Positions 1 through 13,217 of a stretch of DNA of 64,000 nucleotides are shown here, one piece after another. Position 1 is the stretch's first letter; the number at the start of each line of letters is the position of its first letter. Source of the DNA: Eledone cirrhosa (Eukaryota). A model generated the notes under the pieces. The model did no database searches, had not been told where the DNA came from, and saw nothing but the letters and a program-made list of their open reading frames with translations. Location of the stretch: assembly GCA_964016885.1 (NCBI GenBank), contig OZ024756.1, forward strand, positions 3,720,001 to 3,784,000, given 5' to 3'. The position numbers and the translations under genes were made by a program.

Positions 1-36
1 TATATATATATATATATATGTGTATATGTATATATA

Positions 37-509
37 GATTTATAGGAGCAAGATAATTACGTCGGTAGGCAGTATGCGGGGTGAGCACTCGATGCTCGCG
101 CAGAGCAGGGTATAATAGTATAAGAATAAAGGAACAAAGAGTCAGTGTTACATCATAGCGTATTTAATAACATATTACATATGTTTCACTGTCGATCACC
201 TCGAGGAACGATCTATTATTGATCGAACCTGACACTTGAATCGAAATATCCTCATATATGCCTCAGTACGGAAGCTCGTCTCTGATTTTGTATGAATATC
301 TCCAGTACCTTGTCATATTTACCACGTTGTTGGTATGTGGCAAATAAAACAAGCTACTGGAGATATTCACACAAAATCATAGACGAGCTTACGTACTGAG
401 GCATATCTGAGGATTCCAGAGTCAGGTTCGATCAATAATAGATCGTTCCTCGAGCCGGTCGACAGTGAAACATATGTTATGATGCAACACTGATTCCTTT
501 ATTGTTATA

Positions 510-512
<3 letters not shown>
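37..512. mobile_element. PLE-type fold-back element between (TA)n tracts, with HHR motif
   Basis: Inverted arms ~118-312 and ~351-511. CTGAGGA (407-413)...GAAA CATATG TT (467-478). Homologous to 22117-22400. Confidence 0.75.
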
Positions 513-563
<51 letters not shown>

Positions 564-757
564 AACCACAAACCCTCCATCTCAATTCTACTTTTGAAAA
601 GCATAAGAACTGCGAAACCGGTAAAGGTACCAAATAAATATTCTTAAAAAGACCCCAGTTGCATTTTCGACTTCATTTTTTTTCCTTATACTTTCACTCG
701 TGCAGGACGTCTCGTGCATTGTTTAATGTTTTTTTTTTCATTTTGTAAAAAAAATTC

Positions 758-821
<64 letters not shown>

Positions 822-823
<2 letters not shown>

Positions 824-1160
824 GATAGTAAACAAATGGAAACTATATTTATAAAACCATATTTATTTCATTATACATATTTCAGGGATACCATATTAAA
901 AATATGGCATGCCTTCGTCAGATAAAATACAATATATAAACTGTTTTATAAATAATTTTGACGTACCATAAATATAAGCCACCATTAAGGTAGGAAGCTG
1001 GTATCCCTGAAATATGTATAATGAAATAAATATGGTTTTATAAATATAGTTTCCATTTGTTTACTATCGTATATCTACTCCAAAAACTTGTCGAGTGCTT
1101 TATATCGGTTATAAAATATTTACTTGTTGTAACCCAACAATTTTAAATAAAACTTTTGCA
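822..1160. mobile_element. PLE-type fold-back element with tail
   Basis: Arms 822-892 and 1000-1071 are reverse complements. Tail carries ACTC CAA aaac TTG TC GAGTGC (1077-1098). Relatives at 33130-33320 and 56215-56315. Confidence 0.75.
864..929 (-). ncRNA. Type I hammerhead ribozyme
   Basis: tattttat CTGACGA AGGcATGCCATATT..AATATGGTATcCCT GAAA T ATGT A TA atgaaata; 8-bp helix I, intact core, AUA cleavage triplet. Confidence 0.8.
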
Positions 1161-1177
1161 TATATATATATATATAT

Positions 1178-1722
1178 TTTAGTTGATCCTATTGACTGAT
1201 GAATAGCTCATGTTAATTTTACCCGTCTGTTGAGAACTCTAATTCGATATGTGATATTTTGTATTTTTACAATAATAATCACTACTGAATTCATTCGCCT
1301 AATATAGGGGTTCCCTCCCTTGCTAGACCCCACGTGGATTTAGTAACTGGTTCCCTTGTATTATTGAACTAAACGCCCGTTGAAAAAGTGGTTTCCTTGT
1401 TCATCTTCTTACCAGAAGCCGGATATTTTTTATGTAAGCTGACGGTAACTGATTTAGGAGCCGCAGAAACCCAAATGCTGGAATTTACCATCTTTCCAGG
1501 GGGTCCGGGTAAATGTTTCATTCATATACATTTTTATTTGTCTGATCCGAATTTTCTTGGTCGTGTTTTCGGCTGTGCGAATGATTGTTTAAGCATCGTC
1601 TCAGTGTGTTGGTATTTAAACGTTAGTTATAGCTCTGGTTTATCCAAACAATTGAGCACTTTGCCACACATTTCGAAGATTGTGTTTCGTTATTTAGTGG
1701 GCCGAGGTTCCGATTCTCGATA

Positions 1723-1728
<6 letters not shown>
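1178..1728 (+). mobile_element. Non-coding repeat, diverged relative of the 619-bp unit at 51067-51910
   Basis: Shared blocks (ctattga.tgatgaatagctc, ttcgatatgtg, cagaaaccca, gggtccgggta, aacg.tagttatagctctg); flanked by (TA)n. Confidence 0.65.
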
Positions 1729-1770
<42 letters not shown>

Positions 1771-1774
<4 letters not shown>

Positions 1775-1860
1775 TTCCTATTTCCCACTCTACTACCCTG
1801 AGTAGTGAATACTCTGGTGCGTTATGGTCCATCTGGTTCCTTACCACAATTACTTTCTAA
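1771..1860 (+). mobile_element. Tail-only fragment of family A
   Basis: Matches 21355-21440 (ccactctactacc...actctggtgcgttatggt). Confidence 0.75.
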
Positions 1861-2142
1861 TATATATATATATACATATATATATATACACATTTTAGTA
1901 CAGCATTAACGAAGCCTTAGTTTGCGGCCAAGCTAACGAATGCACAATCGGTCTGTAGCTTTAGCACTCGAATGGGAATACTAGCCCAGAGTAATAACAA
2001 TACGTTTAGACAGCTTAGCAAATCAAATATAGCGATCGGCAGTCCAGCCGCTTTACCACAGCAACGAAAATACAGGACTCAGGAAAAGATTTTAGACTGA
2101 CCTGAGTGTGTGTGTGTGTGCACATATAATAATATACATATC

Positions 2143-2345
2143 ATAAAGAGTCATGACCAGACGGATGAACTCTTGCCGTTTCAACAGCTAGTCTGGAACT
2201 AGCTTTGAAAAGCAAGAGCTCAGCCGTCTGGTCCTAACTCTTTGGCATATAACCACACTCTACTACCACAAGTATCCAGTACTCTCTTTAGTAATGGTCT
2301 ACCCAGTTTCAAACTGATACCAATACCAGCCCTCCAGGCCCAGGC
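2143..2345. mobile_element. Fold-back element related to family A
   Basis: Palindrome ~2145-2243 centred ~2193 with gagctcagccgtc; tail cactctactaccacaagtatccagtac. Confidence 0.6.
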
Positions 2346-2824
2346 AGGGTGTATATAGAGTATGGAAAAGGATGACATTTTCGTTTACATGTTTTTATAA
2401 ACGAAACGCCTTCTTATTCTTCTTCTTATTCTTCTTCTTCTTCTTCTTCTTATTATTATTATTATTATGATTATTATTATTATTAAACACTATTATTATT
2501 ATGCTAAAAGGTGGATGAATGTAGCGAGAATGGCCCCTACTCTGACCATGCGCCTATAGGCTAGCTAACTTGAAGAGAGGGCTCTCCCTGGGTGCTCTAG
2601 AAGCGCAGGGTGGTTCAGACTTGGTGGGGTACCTGAGTCACCCCAGGGTCGTCCACCCCCTATCGGGGAATTTATTTTGTTATATTTATGCAGAGTTTAT
2701 TTTTATATTTCTTCATTAAATTAGTCTTGCCATTGTGCACTTTTACTCGACCTTAATGTAAACCCCCACTGTCCATGTCTTTGTATTGTCCCCTACATGT
2801 CGGCCCTTGTGGCTAATAAATGAA

Positions 2825-3025
2825 GTGGATTGGCAGTATCGGTAGAGGGTCAGACGCCATGCTTTCCAGCATAGTTATGTCCCTTTACGATCTGAGTTCA
2901 AATCCCGCCGAAGTTAACTTTGCCTTTCATCCTTACGGGGTCGATAAAATAAAGTACCAGTAATGCACTGGGTAATTGCTGGCCTTGTGCCTAAAGTAGA
3001 AACAATTATTATTATTATTATTATT
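2825..3025 (+). mobile_element. tRNA-derived SINE (family S1)
   Basis: A box TGGCAGTATCGG, B box GAGTTCAAATCC, central GCCTTTCATCCTTACGGGGTCGATAAAATAAAGTACCAG resembling the Deu/Nin-type conserved SINE domain, (ATT)n tail; many copies in window. Confidence 0.85.
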
Positions 3026-3034
3026 CTATATAGG

Positions 3035-3428
3035 ACGGTGGTCTGGCAGAATCGAAGCTTTCCGGCATTCATTCCGGCTCTTTATGTCCTGAGTCCAAAC
3101 TCCGCCAAATATCTTTCCTTTTCACCCTTAAAATAAAATAAAGCACCAGTAATTCACCTAGGGCGATTTAATAGACTCCCCCCCCCCAAAAAAAAAAATT
3201 GATTGTCGGGCTTGTGCCTAGATCAGAAACCATTATATCAGAGGATTGGCAGTATCAGTAGAGGGTCGGAAGCTATGATTTGCATCAAAGAGTAACGCCC
3301 CTTTACTGTCTGAGTTCGAAGCCCGCCAAGGTTAATTTTGCCTTTCGTCCTTACGGGGTCGATAAAATAAAGTACCAGTAATGCACTGGGTTAATTGCTG
3401 GCCTTGTGCCAAAAATAGAAACAATTAT
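3035..3428 (+). mobile_element. Two further S1 SINE copies (degenerate 3035-3235; 3241-3428)
   Basis: Similarity to 2825-3025. Confidence 0.8.
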
Positions 3429-3440
3429 ATATCCCACTTT

Positions 3441-3475
3441 TCTCCTGATGAAGGGCTTATGCCCGAAACGTCGTC
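3441..3475 (+). ncRNA. Minimal Penelope-type hammerhead remnant
   Basis: CTGATGA A GGGC TTAT GCCC GAAA CGTCG TC; helix I partner not evident. Confidence 0.6.
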
Positions 3476-3943
3476 CCCCACCCCACCCTCACTCTCAAGC
3501 GTGAACCTAATATTAACACATTGTACTGCCTCTTCGATTTGTTTTTGTAATATTTATATATATATATATATACCCACCTCCCACTCTCAAGCGTGAAACT
3601 AATACAAATATCATTTGTACTGCCTCTCTGTTTTTGTTCTCTGTTCATTTATTAAACTATATATACACACACACACATATAATGTATGTTGTGGCTATGA
3701 GATATGTCAAGTTGGTTAGGTGCCAATGACTGCAATATTTGCTAAGGAATTGAGCTATGAAAGTGTACCTAATTGTGGAGGTCATGTCACCAGATATGGT
3801 CCCATACTTACTCTTCAATACAAGAAGCTAAGTGGCTTTTAACTTAACTCTCATATTCATTTGTTTAACACTAGTCACGTCTATTTAAGACGACCAGCCG
3901 ACGAGTTGACTTACACACGCTACTACGCACACACACACACACA

Positions 3944-4021
<78 letters not shown>

Positions 4022-4205
4022 CTCTCTCTCTCTCGCCCCACATACAGACATACACACACATACGCGCGCAGTCTCTCTCTGCCCACATGCATACATACGC
4101 ACTCTCTCAAAGACGCACACACACACATATATATAATATCTATTTCAAGAATAGACAAGCCATACATATATTTATATATACATACACACACACACTTATA
4201 TATAT

Positions 4206-4265
<60 letters not shown>

Positions 4266-4379
4266 ATATATGTCTATATATTTATATATATATATATGTT
4301 CATATATATAAACATATATATATATATTTGATAGGGTGTAATCAGCGATTCTTTGCTTAAAATTTAATCTATATATATT

Positions 4380-4700
4380 ATAAGAGAGACGGTTTTATGT
4401 ATACATCTTCTTTTCTTACATAATCATGTTATACGTATTTCGAAGATGTCAGAGTGGTTGCATAATGACCTTCTGACGTGTTCTCTTCAGACGATTTAAG
4501 ATGTGTAGTATTAGTTTTTTTTATATACTACTGGCTTATCGTTTTGTTTACATCGCTTCCCAGTGGATATACGTATAACAGAATTATGTAATAAAGATAA
4601 GATGTACACATAAAACCGTCTCTGTTATTCATATTGAAACTCCGATTGATACCTAACAGAGAGAATCGTAAGGAATACAAATCGGCGGATTATATGATCA
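4380..4700. mobile_element. PLE-type fold-back element with minus-strand HHR at 4422-4497
   Basis: Arms ~4384-4440 and ~4567-4625. Minus strand: aatcgt CTGAAGA GAAcacGTCAGA...TCTGACatcTTC GAAA T ACGT A TA acatgatt. Confidence 0.75.
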
Positions 4701-4704
4701 ATCA

Positions 4705-4860
4705 GCTTTCATTCCAGCATAGTTACGTCCCTTTACGATCTGAGTTCAAATCCCGCCGAGGTTGACTTTGCCTTTCATCTTTACGGGGTCGATAAAATAA
4801 AGTACCAGTAATGCACTGGTTAATTTCTGGCCTTGTGCCTAAAGTAGAAACAATTAATTG
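4705..4860 (+). mobile_element. S1 SINE, 5'-truncated
   Basis: B box, central domain and tail as 2825-3025. Confidence 0.8.
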
Positions 4861-4982
<122 letters not shown>

Positions 4983-6069
4983 ACTATGATTTTTTTTGAT
5001 ATCTGTGATATCCTTGGATATCGAGTCTCAGAACTCAAGGTTGAAGGTTGGAAATTATTTGTTTGTATTGTCTAATTGGTTTTTCCTGAATTTCCGACGC
5101 AACGCTGCACTTCTATTTTTGTTTTATCAATCACTGTGACTATTCTTATTCTCTCTGGCCTTCCATACTACGCCTGAATTCACTCCCCTTTTCCCCATAG
5201 CTTCCCTCCTCTTGTTTGCAGTGCCATCGACGCGAGAGGTCATTTTTCGTGTTACTCTCACCATAAATTCACCTGTCTTCACTTTGGCGGCGCGGGTTAC
5301 TGTATACCACTTTTCTACCATCTATCCAGTTTAATAACAAGTTTCTTTATTGAAGACAGTTACCATCCTTCAATTTACAGCTAATTCATCTGAGGTAAAT
5401 CTCTACTTTCGTCTTTCTCTCTTGTTAATTGTCTGATGTAATCTAAATATTATCTTCCATCCTCTTTATTTTCTCTCCCTTGGCATTGATGAATATATTT
5501 GTCTCGTCATTCGCCCTTTGTTCGGACTAATTCTGAACAGCCGCTGCATGATTTCCCCAAATTGCTGTGGTACATTCTGAGCATTAGTAGTTACTAGTGG
5601 TCGTAGTGATAATTGTGGCGGGGCTGGTAAATGCTGGCAATGGTGAAACTTTTATTTGTAATAGATGCAAACTAACACCTACTTCGGAATAAGCGTGTAA
5701 TTTTACTGTGAAAAGAAATTCGGTTGAAATTTGCAGAAGATTACACCATACACACACATACACACTCACTATTTCTTTCTCTCTCTCTTTTTCTCACATA
5801 AACACGCACGCACAGACACAATATATTGCTATGTCACTGTAACATTGTGAAATAACATGCTAACATTTATGTGGTCATTCAACTTGTTTGAAATAGCATC
5901 CTAGGTCCCTTCAAATTCCATTCCCTTTTCTTGAAGACTGAAGGGAGCATTTGGTGTCGTGGTCCCGCATATGATACCCCTTGATATAAGACTGAGATCT
6001 TGAAGTAATACCCGAAGACCTTTCACTGACGTTCTAACGAAATGTATAGATGAAACTTAGTTATCTTAC

Positions 6070-6760
6070 AGAGGTTAACTTTGCCTTTCATCCTTACGGG
6101 GTCAATAAAATAAAGTACCAGTAATGTACTGGGTATTTGCTAGCCTTGTGCCAATAGTAGACACAATATGTGTATTTATTATTAAGATATAATATGGTAG
6201 AGGATTGGCAGAATCGATAGAGTGTCGGCCGAAATGTTTTGTGGTATTTAGTTACGATATTCTAACTTTCGGAGTTCAAATCCCGCCGAGGTCAGCTTTC
6301 CATTTCATCATTTCAGGGTCTATAAATAAGGCACCAGTAATGCATTGGGGTCGATTTATTAGACTTACCCCCTCCCTCCCCTAAAATTGTTGACCTCATA
6401 CCGAAATCAGAAACCATTATACCCTTTACGTTCTCATTTCAAATTATGCCGAGGTTAGCTTTGTCATTTATCCAGTCACGTACTGGGGTCGAGTTAATCG
6501 ACCCAAGGCACAAAAATTGCTGACCTCGTGCCTAAATCAGAAACCCTTATTAAGATATTATACATAGAAAGATTTCTACTTTAGACACAAGGCAAGTCAT
6601 TTGAGGTGTGTGTGTGTGGGGGGGGGGGGTAGTCGATAATATTGACCATAGTAAATGACAGGTATTTTATTTTATCAACCTCAGAAGGTGGGATTTGAAC
6701 GTAGAACACAAAAAGCCGGAACGAGTAACGTAACTCATTCTATGTGACATTATAACTTAC
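6070..6760. mobile_element. Cluster of S1-like SINE copies (three plus strand, one minus strand at ~6565-6760)
   Basis: Repeated gagttcaaatcccgccgagg / cctttcatcc / gtgcctaaa motifs. Confidence 0.75.
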
Positions 6761-7399
6761 CGCCTCTCCAGAAGTATATATCATGTGACATTATAACTTA
6801 CCGCCTCTCCAGAAGTATATATCAGTTCAATCTGGAATCAAGTAATTGTATGGGACACAAGTCCACCGTGAAGTTTATTTCTAACTGCCGCAGGTGGCTA
6901 CTCAATTTCAGTTGAAATTAAGTGCCTTACTAAAGGACACAATCCACCATCCAGCCCGGCATTCGAACCTACAACCATACAATTGTGAGACCAGCATGTT
7001 AACCATTAAACTACTCGCTTTCACACCAGTTAAAAAAAGAAATGAAGCATGAAGCAATGTAGCATGACACCTGCATCACAAATATCCCCAAATGTACGAC
7101 TTGTCGGATTTAATTGCTACAAGAAAATGCCAAAAATTGGTGAGGACTTAACGACTTCGCCAGATGTTTGTGGTCAGACGATAGATAGCTAACTGTAACT
7201 TCCTGGCTGGTCAGTAGATGAACTAGTTAAAGGTTACATTCACTTCTGCCACCATTCTGTCTCATTAAAAAAGACTGTCGTTATCAGCAGTGTATACGAG
7301 GAGAAAGAGAAAGACATACTAAATATTGGATTTTTTATAATTTTTGGAGGTTAAATTTTAAACATTATACATTTTAAAGCTGTTGGTTTTGCTCCTAAG

Positions 7400-7620
7400 A
7401 ATTGCTGAACAGATTTTACGGGCAAAACAAACCGGCACAAGATCCAGGAGTGGACCCCGAGATATATGGATGGATAACATCCATGAGTTTGTCTGGTCTC
7501 CCTTGGGGATCCAGCCAGATCAGTTGGAGACGGTTGCTTCTGACAAGACCCGCTGGAAGGAGTGTTTGCGGACTCTTCCCTACGAGCCTCCCAGGAATAA
7601 GTGGACGAGACGAAGACATT
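7400..7620 (+). mobile_element. 3' end of RTE-clade LINE (degenerate ORF2 C-terminus)
   Basis: RSRSGPRDIWMDNIHEFVWSPLGIQPDQLETVASDKTRWKECLRTLP resembles the Rex3/Expander-type RTE C-terminus; second copy at ~19740-19825. Confidence 0.65.
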
Positions 7621-8154
7621 TTAAAGCGTTTCTTCACTATATTTGTATATGAAGAAAGTATTTAATATTTCAACGCTGAGGTGGTGGGTTGACAGAATCG
7701 GTAGAGCGTCGAACAACATGCTTCGCGGCATATAGTTACGCTATCTGTCGCAACCTCTAGCAGAAGAAGCAGCATGAAATAAAGTGTCTTGTTCGAGGAC
7801 ATAATGCATCGTCCGGCCCAGAAATCAAACTCGCGCTCTCACGATTGTAAATCGAATTCTCTAAGACCACGCTCCTTCACAATAAAAGCCCCACCCACCC
7901 ACAAAAAGGGCAAATAGCAAGAGTAAGAGAAGGTGAGGCGGGAGCAGCAAACTCTACATACTTGTCTAGAAACTACAATTCGAGGTGTGGGGGACATTAG
8001 AGGTCTCAACCGCAACTAGCAAGAGAAGGGAGCTGTCGGTCAAACCCCGGTTCTTGGTTCTCACCTCATAAACATCAAAGATTATATAGAATATTAGAAT
8101 ACATGTATTTTATCTTTGCAGCTGGTCAAGTTCATAGGGTTTCAGATTATATAC

Positions 8155-8480
8155 CCCCTCTCTCTCACCCCTTCACCCCTTCTCTCTCACCCCTTCACCC
8201 CTTCTCTCTCACCCCTTCACCTCTTCTCTCTCACCCCTTCACCCCTTCTCTCTCACCCCTTCACCCCTTCTCTCGCACCCCTTCACCCCTTCTCTCTCAC
8301 CCCTTCATCTCTTCTCTCTCTCCCCTTCACCCCTTCTCTCTCACCCTTCAACCCTTCTCTCTCACCCCTTCTCTCTCACACCCTCTAAATCACCCCTTCT
8401 CTCTCACCCCTTCTATTTCTCTCCCTCCCTCTCTCACCCTCCATCTCCCTCTCCTCTCTCTCACATTCCCTCTCTTTCAC
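8155..8480. repeat. CT-rich minisatellite (~21-bp unit tctctcaccccttcacccctt)
   Basis: Direct reading; explains the Pro/Ser/Leu ORFs here. Confidence 0.9.
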
Positions 8481-8724
8481 CCCTCTCCTCTCCTTCTCCC
8501 GCTCTCTCCCTCCCATTCTCCCCTCTCTCATTCTCTCTGCCCACCCCACCACCCCACTCTCTCTGGTGTACTTCTCTAAGCCATACAACTGTAGGAAGGA
8601 TCCGACTACATTTAACCCTTTTCATATCATTATGCCTGAAACCACTCCAGGACCTGAATTTTTTTATAAGCACAAAATGTAGACACCATCCCGAGGCTGA
8701 GGTATTCCGAACTTCTCTGTACTG

Positions 8725-8786
<62 letters not shown>

Positions 8787-8990
8787 GTTTATATATATAT
8801 ATATAAATATATATATATATATTTATTAAAATAACAGATTAAAGTTTAAGCAAAGAATCGCTGCTTTCACCCTTAACGGGATCTTCTGAAACTAACAAAG
8901 TCAATCTGTAAACGCAGAACTGGATATTTCAAAAAACGTTGCAACCGGAGGAAGACAGGAAGACGATATTTTGGTTCGTGGTAACGTTCG

Positions 8991-9703
8991 CTGGCAAAGA
9001 ACGGGAGAAAACGAATAATACGTCATTAATAGGAGCGGTGAAAAACAATTACGCACAAAGACAGAACCACGTTTATGGTATAAAAGAGGTCGTAGACTAA
9101 TGTTCGCTTAGGTGGTTCATAGAGACGTTCTCTGGCAATGAACGAAAAAAAACGAAGATAATACGTCATATGTGGCGCGTGGAGAACAATAGCACGCAAA
9201 GACAAAACCACGTAAATGGTATAGCAGAAGTCGTAGACTAAATTCTAACTAGGAGACCGAATGAATCTCCGCTACAGAGTTAAGAACAAAGTAAATAAAT
9301 ACAATACAGAAGTAATAGAAATAAATAAATACAAACACGCAAACAAATACGTACATACACAAGCATATGCAAAAACTTACCATAGGTAAACATAACCACG
9401 CACATATAAATATGTGTGTGTGTGTAAGCGTGTATACAAATAAATAAATAATTATATAAACGTATATAAATAAATAAGTGCGTATAAAACAAGCGCACAT
9501 ACATGTAAATACACGAATGTTCGGAGACGTAAGTCAACCAAAACATGAAGTACACATATACACACGCCCTACATACGTACGAACCTGCATACTCACACAG
9601 ACGCAAAACTCCCGTATACACATAACCGAACCATATGTACCAGAATATATAAAAAAATTATACGCCATAACAATCAAATATACGTACGCGAAGGTATACG
9701 TAC
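8991..9703 (-). other. 713-bp spliceosomal (GT-AG) intron in PLE 3' UTR/pLTR
   Basis: Donor GAAG|GTACGT at 9703; acceptor ttcgttttctcccgttctttgccAG| at 8991; precisely absent from the copy at 36993/36994. Confidence 0.75.
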
Positions 9704-9816
9704 CTTCACAAAACATGCGGATAATATATACTTACCTATGCAAATAAGTAAAGGTATAAACAAAACATATACTTCGCTCCCACATCGAGACGTAAAATAT
9801 CCACGTATAGATCGAA

Positions 9817-10700
9817 CTATCCGTTAGGGTATAACGTGGGGCTGTAATACAGGAAAGTTTAGTGCAAATTATGTTTACAAGCCGAAATTGCCTCAGATTT
9901 TTTGTTTAAGATGTGGTCTGTGGCGTAGAGTATTTCCAGGGCCTCAGCGGCGCAGAGGTCACATAGTCTTTTATTTCCGTTAAACGATCTAGCCCTAGCT
10001 AGGATCTCTCAGTGTAACTTATATTGGGTGTGGTTGTCTTTTAGACTCCAGATATAAGCTGAAAGTGACGTCATATTCCTTCTTAGAGGGTAACGAAAAG
10101 AATGGGTATGCATGTAAAGACGCTGCTTGAATCTATTAGCGGTTAACCCTATGTAGGCCCTACGGGACGTGGGTGTTACAACCTTACATTTGTAGACAAT
10201 GTTACTAGAGAGGCATTTCCCGGATAGGGGGCAATCAACCCGATTCCTACAATTACAGTTAGTACTAACTACAGGGTTGCACGTGTTCCTACAGCTAGGT
10301 AGTTTAGCTAAATTTGAAGCTGTGATGTTATGTGCAAGGTTAGGAGTCGTAGAGTAAGAAATTTTATTAGTATTTCTATTAAAAATTTTACTATGTTTAT
10401 GTGTAGGGGGAAAATGCTTCGTAATAAAGGAAAGAAAGATCTTAGCTAATGGTGTGGCCACCTCCATATTATATGGTGGGTTATACCAACAAATGTGACG
10501 GGATCTATTTCTTCTAGGTCCATTTTCGTACTCTGTATATGCTACCTTATCGACAAATCCACTTCGAGCAAGAGCTTCATTGTAATAAGAGGAATGGTCG
10601 TTGAAAATACGCTCATTGGTGGAAAGACGGGAAAGCCTCAACGAAACGTTTCTTACCAGGTTCTTGGTTATGCTGGCAGGATGGTTGGAATGCTTACTTT
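9817..10700 (-). pseudogene. PLE ORF remnant: RT thumb plus C-terminal GIY-YIG endonuclease
   Basis: SNHP, WYNPP, CNCRNRVDCPL, IVY...AYIG, FKQR, CDLC..E..LN..E..CKH. Premature TGA at 10009 replaces a conserved Trp. Motif set fits my recollection of the Hydra clade of PLEs. Confidence 0.9.
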
Positions 10701-10765
10701 CCTGTCTTCCTCAGGTTGCAACGTTTTTTGAAATATCCAGTTCTGCGTTTACAGATTTATTTGTT

Positions 10766-10816
10766 AGTTTCAGAAGATCCCGTTAAGGGTGAAAGCAGCG
10801 ATTCTTTGCTTAAACT
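10766..10816 (+). ncRNA. Hammerhead-like motif, U4A core variant (copies at 8843-8893 minus and 37092-37142 plus)
   Basis: agttt CAGAAGA TCCC GTTAA GGGT GAAA GCAG cgattct TTGC TT aaact, followed by AATAAA. Confidence 0.65.
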
Positions 10817-11145
10817 TTAATCTGTTATTTTAATAAATATTTGCTCTACGGTTCTTATATATTTGATATATATTTATCCTTATCGAGCCCTCTTTGGATT
10901 TTAGTCTTCAAATTTATTATTATTACTATATATATATATATAAAGGTTTATATATATATATATAGAACAACTGATGTTATTACATTGAGCTATTTATCTT
11001 ACTGGTAATAAGGTAGTAATATATTACTGTCTTTCACTATTTAGGGTTTAAAATATATATAACTATAAAAGGTTTTAGTATATAAATAACCATAAATATT
11101 ATCCTTAATACTATAAAGGTTTATATATATATATATATATATAAA

Positions 11146-11219
<74 letters not shown>

Positions 11220-11221
11220 TG

Positions 11222-11404
11222 AGATTCTACAGGACTAGAACTGTTTCATTCTTTAGAAATCATCAGGAATCAGATTCCTGACGATTTCTAAAGAATGAAA
11301 CAGTTCTAGTCCTCTAGAATCTCATCTATATTAAAACTTTTATACTCTGCAATGTATTGAGTACCTTACTTATTGTGGTTACCTCCGATTCAACCCGGAA
11401 TAAC

Positions 11405-11408
<4 letters not shown>
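11222..11408. mobile_element. Palindromic pair of HHRs plus tail
   Basis: Centre ~11272. Minus arm: GATTC CTGATGA TTTC TAAA GAAT GAAA CAG ttctagtc CTG TA GAATC. Tail hairpin 11344-11364. Relative at 36520-36675. Confidence 0.8.
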
Positions 11409-11439
<31 letters not shown>

Positions 11440-11443
<4 letters not shown>

Positions 11444-12129
11444 AAGTAAAAGCGAAGTAGTTTCAGATGTTCAAGTCCTTTAATAATAATGCTGTGATAT
11501 ATATTTCAATGACGACACTGTTCTGTGTGCGAGTGTCGTGACATCATCAGACAGCTTGTTACATAATAAGGTTGTTTCCGAGGCAATCCAAATTGAATCG
11601 ACATGGGAACGGATGAAGTTCGTGCTTTTGGGTTTTTCATCCGTTCAAGGGAACGGATGAAAAACCCAAAGGCACGAACTTCATCCGTTCCCATGTCGAT
11701 TTAATTTGGATTGCCTCGGAAACAACCTTATTATGTAACACGCTGTCTGATGATGTCACGACACTCGCACACAGAACAGTGTGGCCAGTGTCGTCATTGA
11801 AATATATATCACAGCATTATTGGCGGTGAATTGGCAGTATCGGTAGAGGGTCAGACATGCTTTCTAGCATAGTTACGTCCCTTTACGATCTGAGTTCAAA
11901 TCCCGCCGAGGTTAACTTTGCCTTTCATCCTTACGAGGTCGATAAAATAAAGTACCAGTAATATACTGGGTAATTGCTGGCCTTGTGCCAAAAAGTAGAA
12001 ACAATTATTATTAAAGGACTTGAACATCTGAAACTACTTCGCTTTTACTTATTCGATATTTACTCCGTCACTCCTATGTGGAAAAAGTACGTTGAGTGCT
12101 TGAATTGAATTGCATCAATGTTTACCCTA

Positions 12130-12130
<1 letters not shown>
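11440..12130. mobile_element. Palindromic PLE-type element with HHRs at 11491-11555 (-) and 11742-11815 (+), interrupted by a SINE
   Basis: Centre ~11648. gctgt CTGATGA TGtcACGACACT...AGTGTCGTCATT GAAA T ATAT A TC acagc. Tail hairpin 12062-12099. Confidence 0.8.
11821..12013 (+). mobile_element. Full-length S1 SINE inserted in the right arm of the palindrome
   Basis: A and B boxes, central domain, ATT tail; host arm resumes after it. Confidence 0.85.
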
Positions 12131-12201
<71 letters not shown>

Positions 12202-12327
12202 TTTGCAACGGGTCACTTTGTGGCTCAATGAAGAGTTAATAAATTAAATAATCAGAGCTATATATCATAAAACATGTCTATAGAATCACCAGATAAAATA
12301 TAAAATTTATTGTCTAAATTTGAGCTA

Positions 12328-12405
12328 ACTTCCTGAAGAGTCCCGTGCTCTAGGTGTCCGATGCTATCGGATATCTTAAAATACGGACGAAACCATGGTA
12401 GAGGT
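12328..12405 (+). ncRNA. Type I hammerhead ribozyme with branched helix II, inside inverted-terminus element 12258-12686
   Basis: acttc CTGAAGA GTCCcGT...ACGGAC GAAA C CATG G TA gaggt; canonical G10.1-C11.1, GUA triplet, extra hairpin GTGTCCGAT/ATCGGATAT. Confidence 0.85.
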
Positions 12406-12679
12406 AACTAAATATGTTCAATTTTCTCCTAGTTTATTTTACACCTAATTATGTTTGGTTGACTGTATATCCGAGCGATTCATACACGCTGTTGAAATAC
12501 TCTATAAATATTCCGTCGCAACTGACGCGAAGGGCTGCTTTCGGTTATTTGTCGGAGATTTCTTCATAGAAGCCTTTATTCTTATAGCTTGGTCTAATCG
12601 ATTTTTTATATGGTAAATTATGCTAATTGGGAGAGGAAATGGTATATATTTTATCTGGTGATTCTATAGACATGTTTTA

Positions 12680-12736
<57 letters not shown>

Positions 12737-13217
12737 TATATTCGTGTACAGATATTTTTGTATAGACAATAATAAAATGTAAAAACAAACGTATTTATTT
12801 CACGAGGCTCGATAAGGATAAATATATATCAAATATGCATAATTATTTTGAAACTAACAGACATTTGCGAGAGAAGCTTGCAAGACAAACTAACTAAAAT
12901 ATATGAAACCCTAGAGCAAATGCCGAGCAACGCCGGGCCATTCTGCTAGTATAAAACTAAAGAAAAATTTAAGAATAATGTTGTGTTAAGTTCTACTCCA
13001 ACCATCAGCTTAGAAAAGGGAAAGTTATTTATCTTGTTAAATCCTTCGAAATTCTTGATTTTTTTTCAAAAATAAAAAAATAAAAATAATAATAATAAAT
13101 AAATAAAACAGACAGTGACTTTCATGAGAAATATATTAACGAAGGTTTTAACAAATATTTCGTCAGTTTGTAGACAACCCAATACCTCTTGCATTGCAAA
13201 CAACATCGACAACAATA

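Larger units (their letters stand above)
8819..10927 (-). mobile_element. 5'-truncated Penelope-like element with inverted pseudo-LTR
   Basis: Minus-strand RT-thumb/GIY-YIG ORF, 3' UTR to 8819, inverted copy of 8819-8962 at ~10697-10840 plus tail to 10927; flanked by (TA)n. Confidence 0.9.

Noticed and set aside
5127-5769. Non-repetitive ORFs at 5127, 5584, 15737-16550 and 58165-58903 as host exons
   Set aside because: No recognisable domain or consistent splice pattern; the 58-kb ORFs lie inside a PLE 3' UTR.
10009-10011. In-frame TGA in the PLE endonuclease as possible selenocysteine (known for some Naiad PLEs)
   Set aside because: It aligns with a conserved Trp in the other copies (TGG to TGA), all Cys codons are normal, and the endonuclease is C-terminal. 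A simple nonsense mutation.
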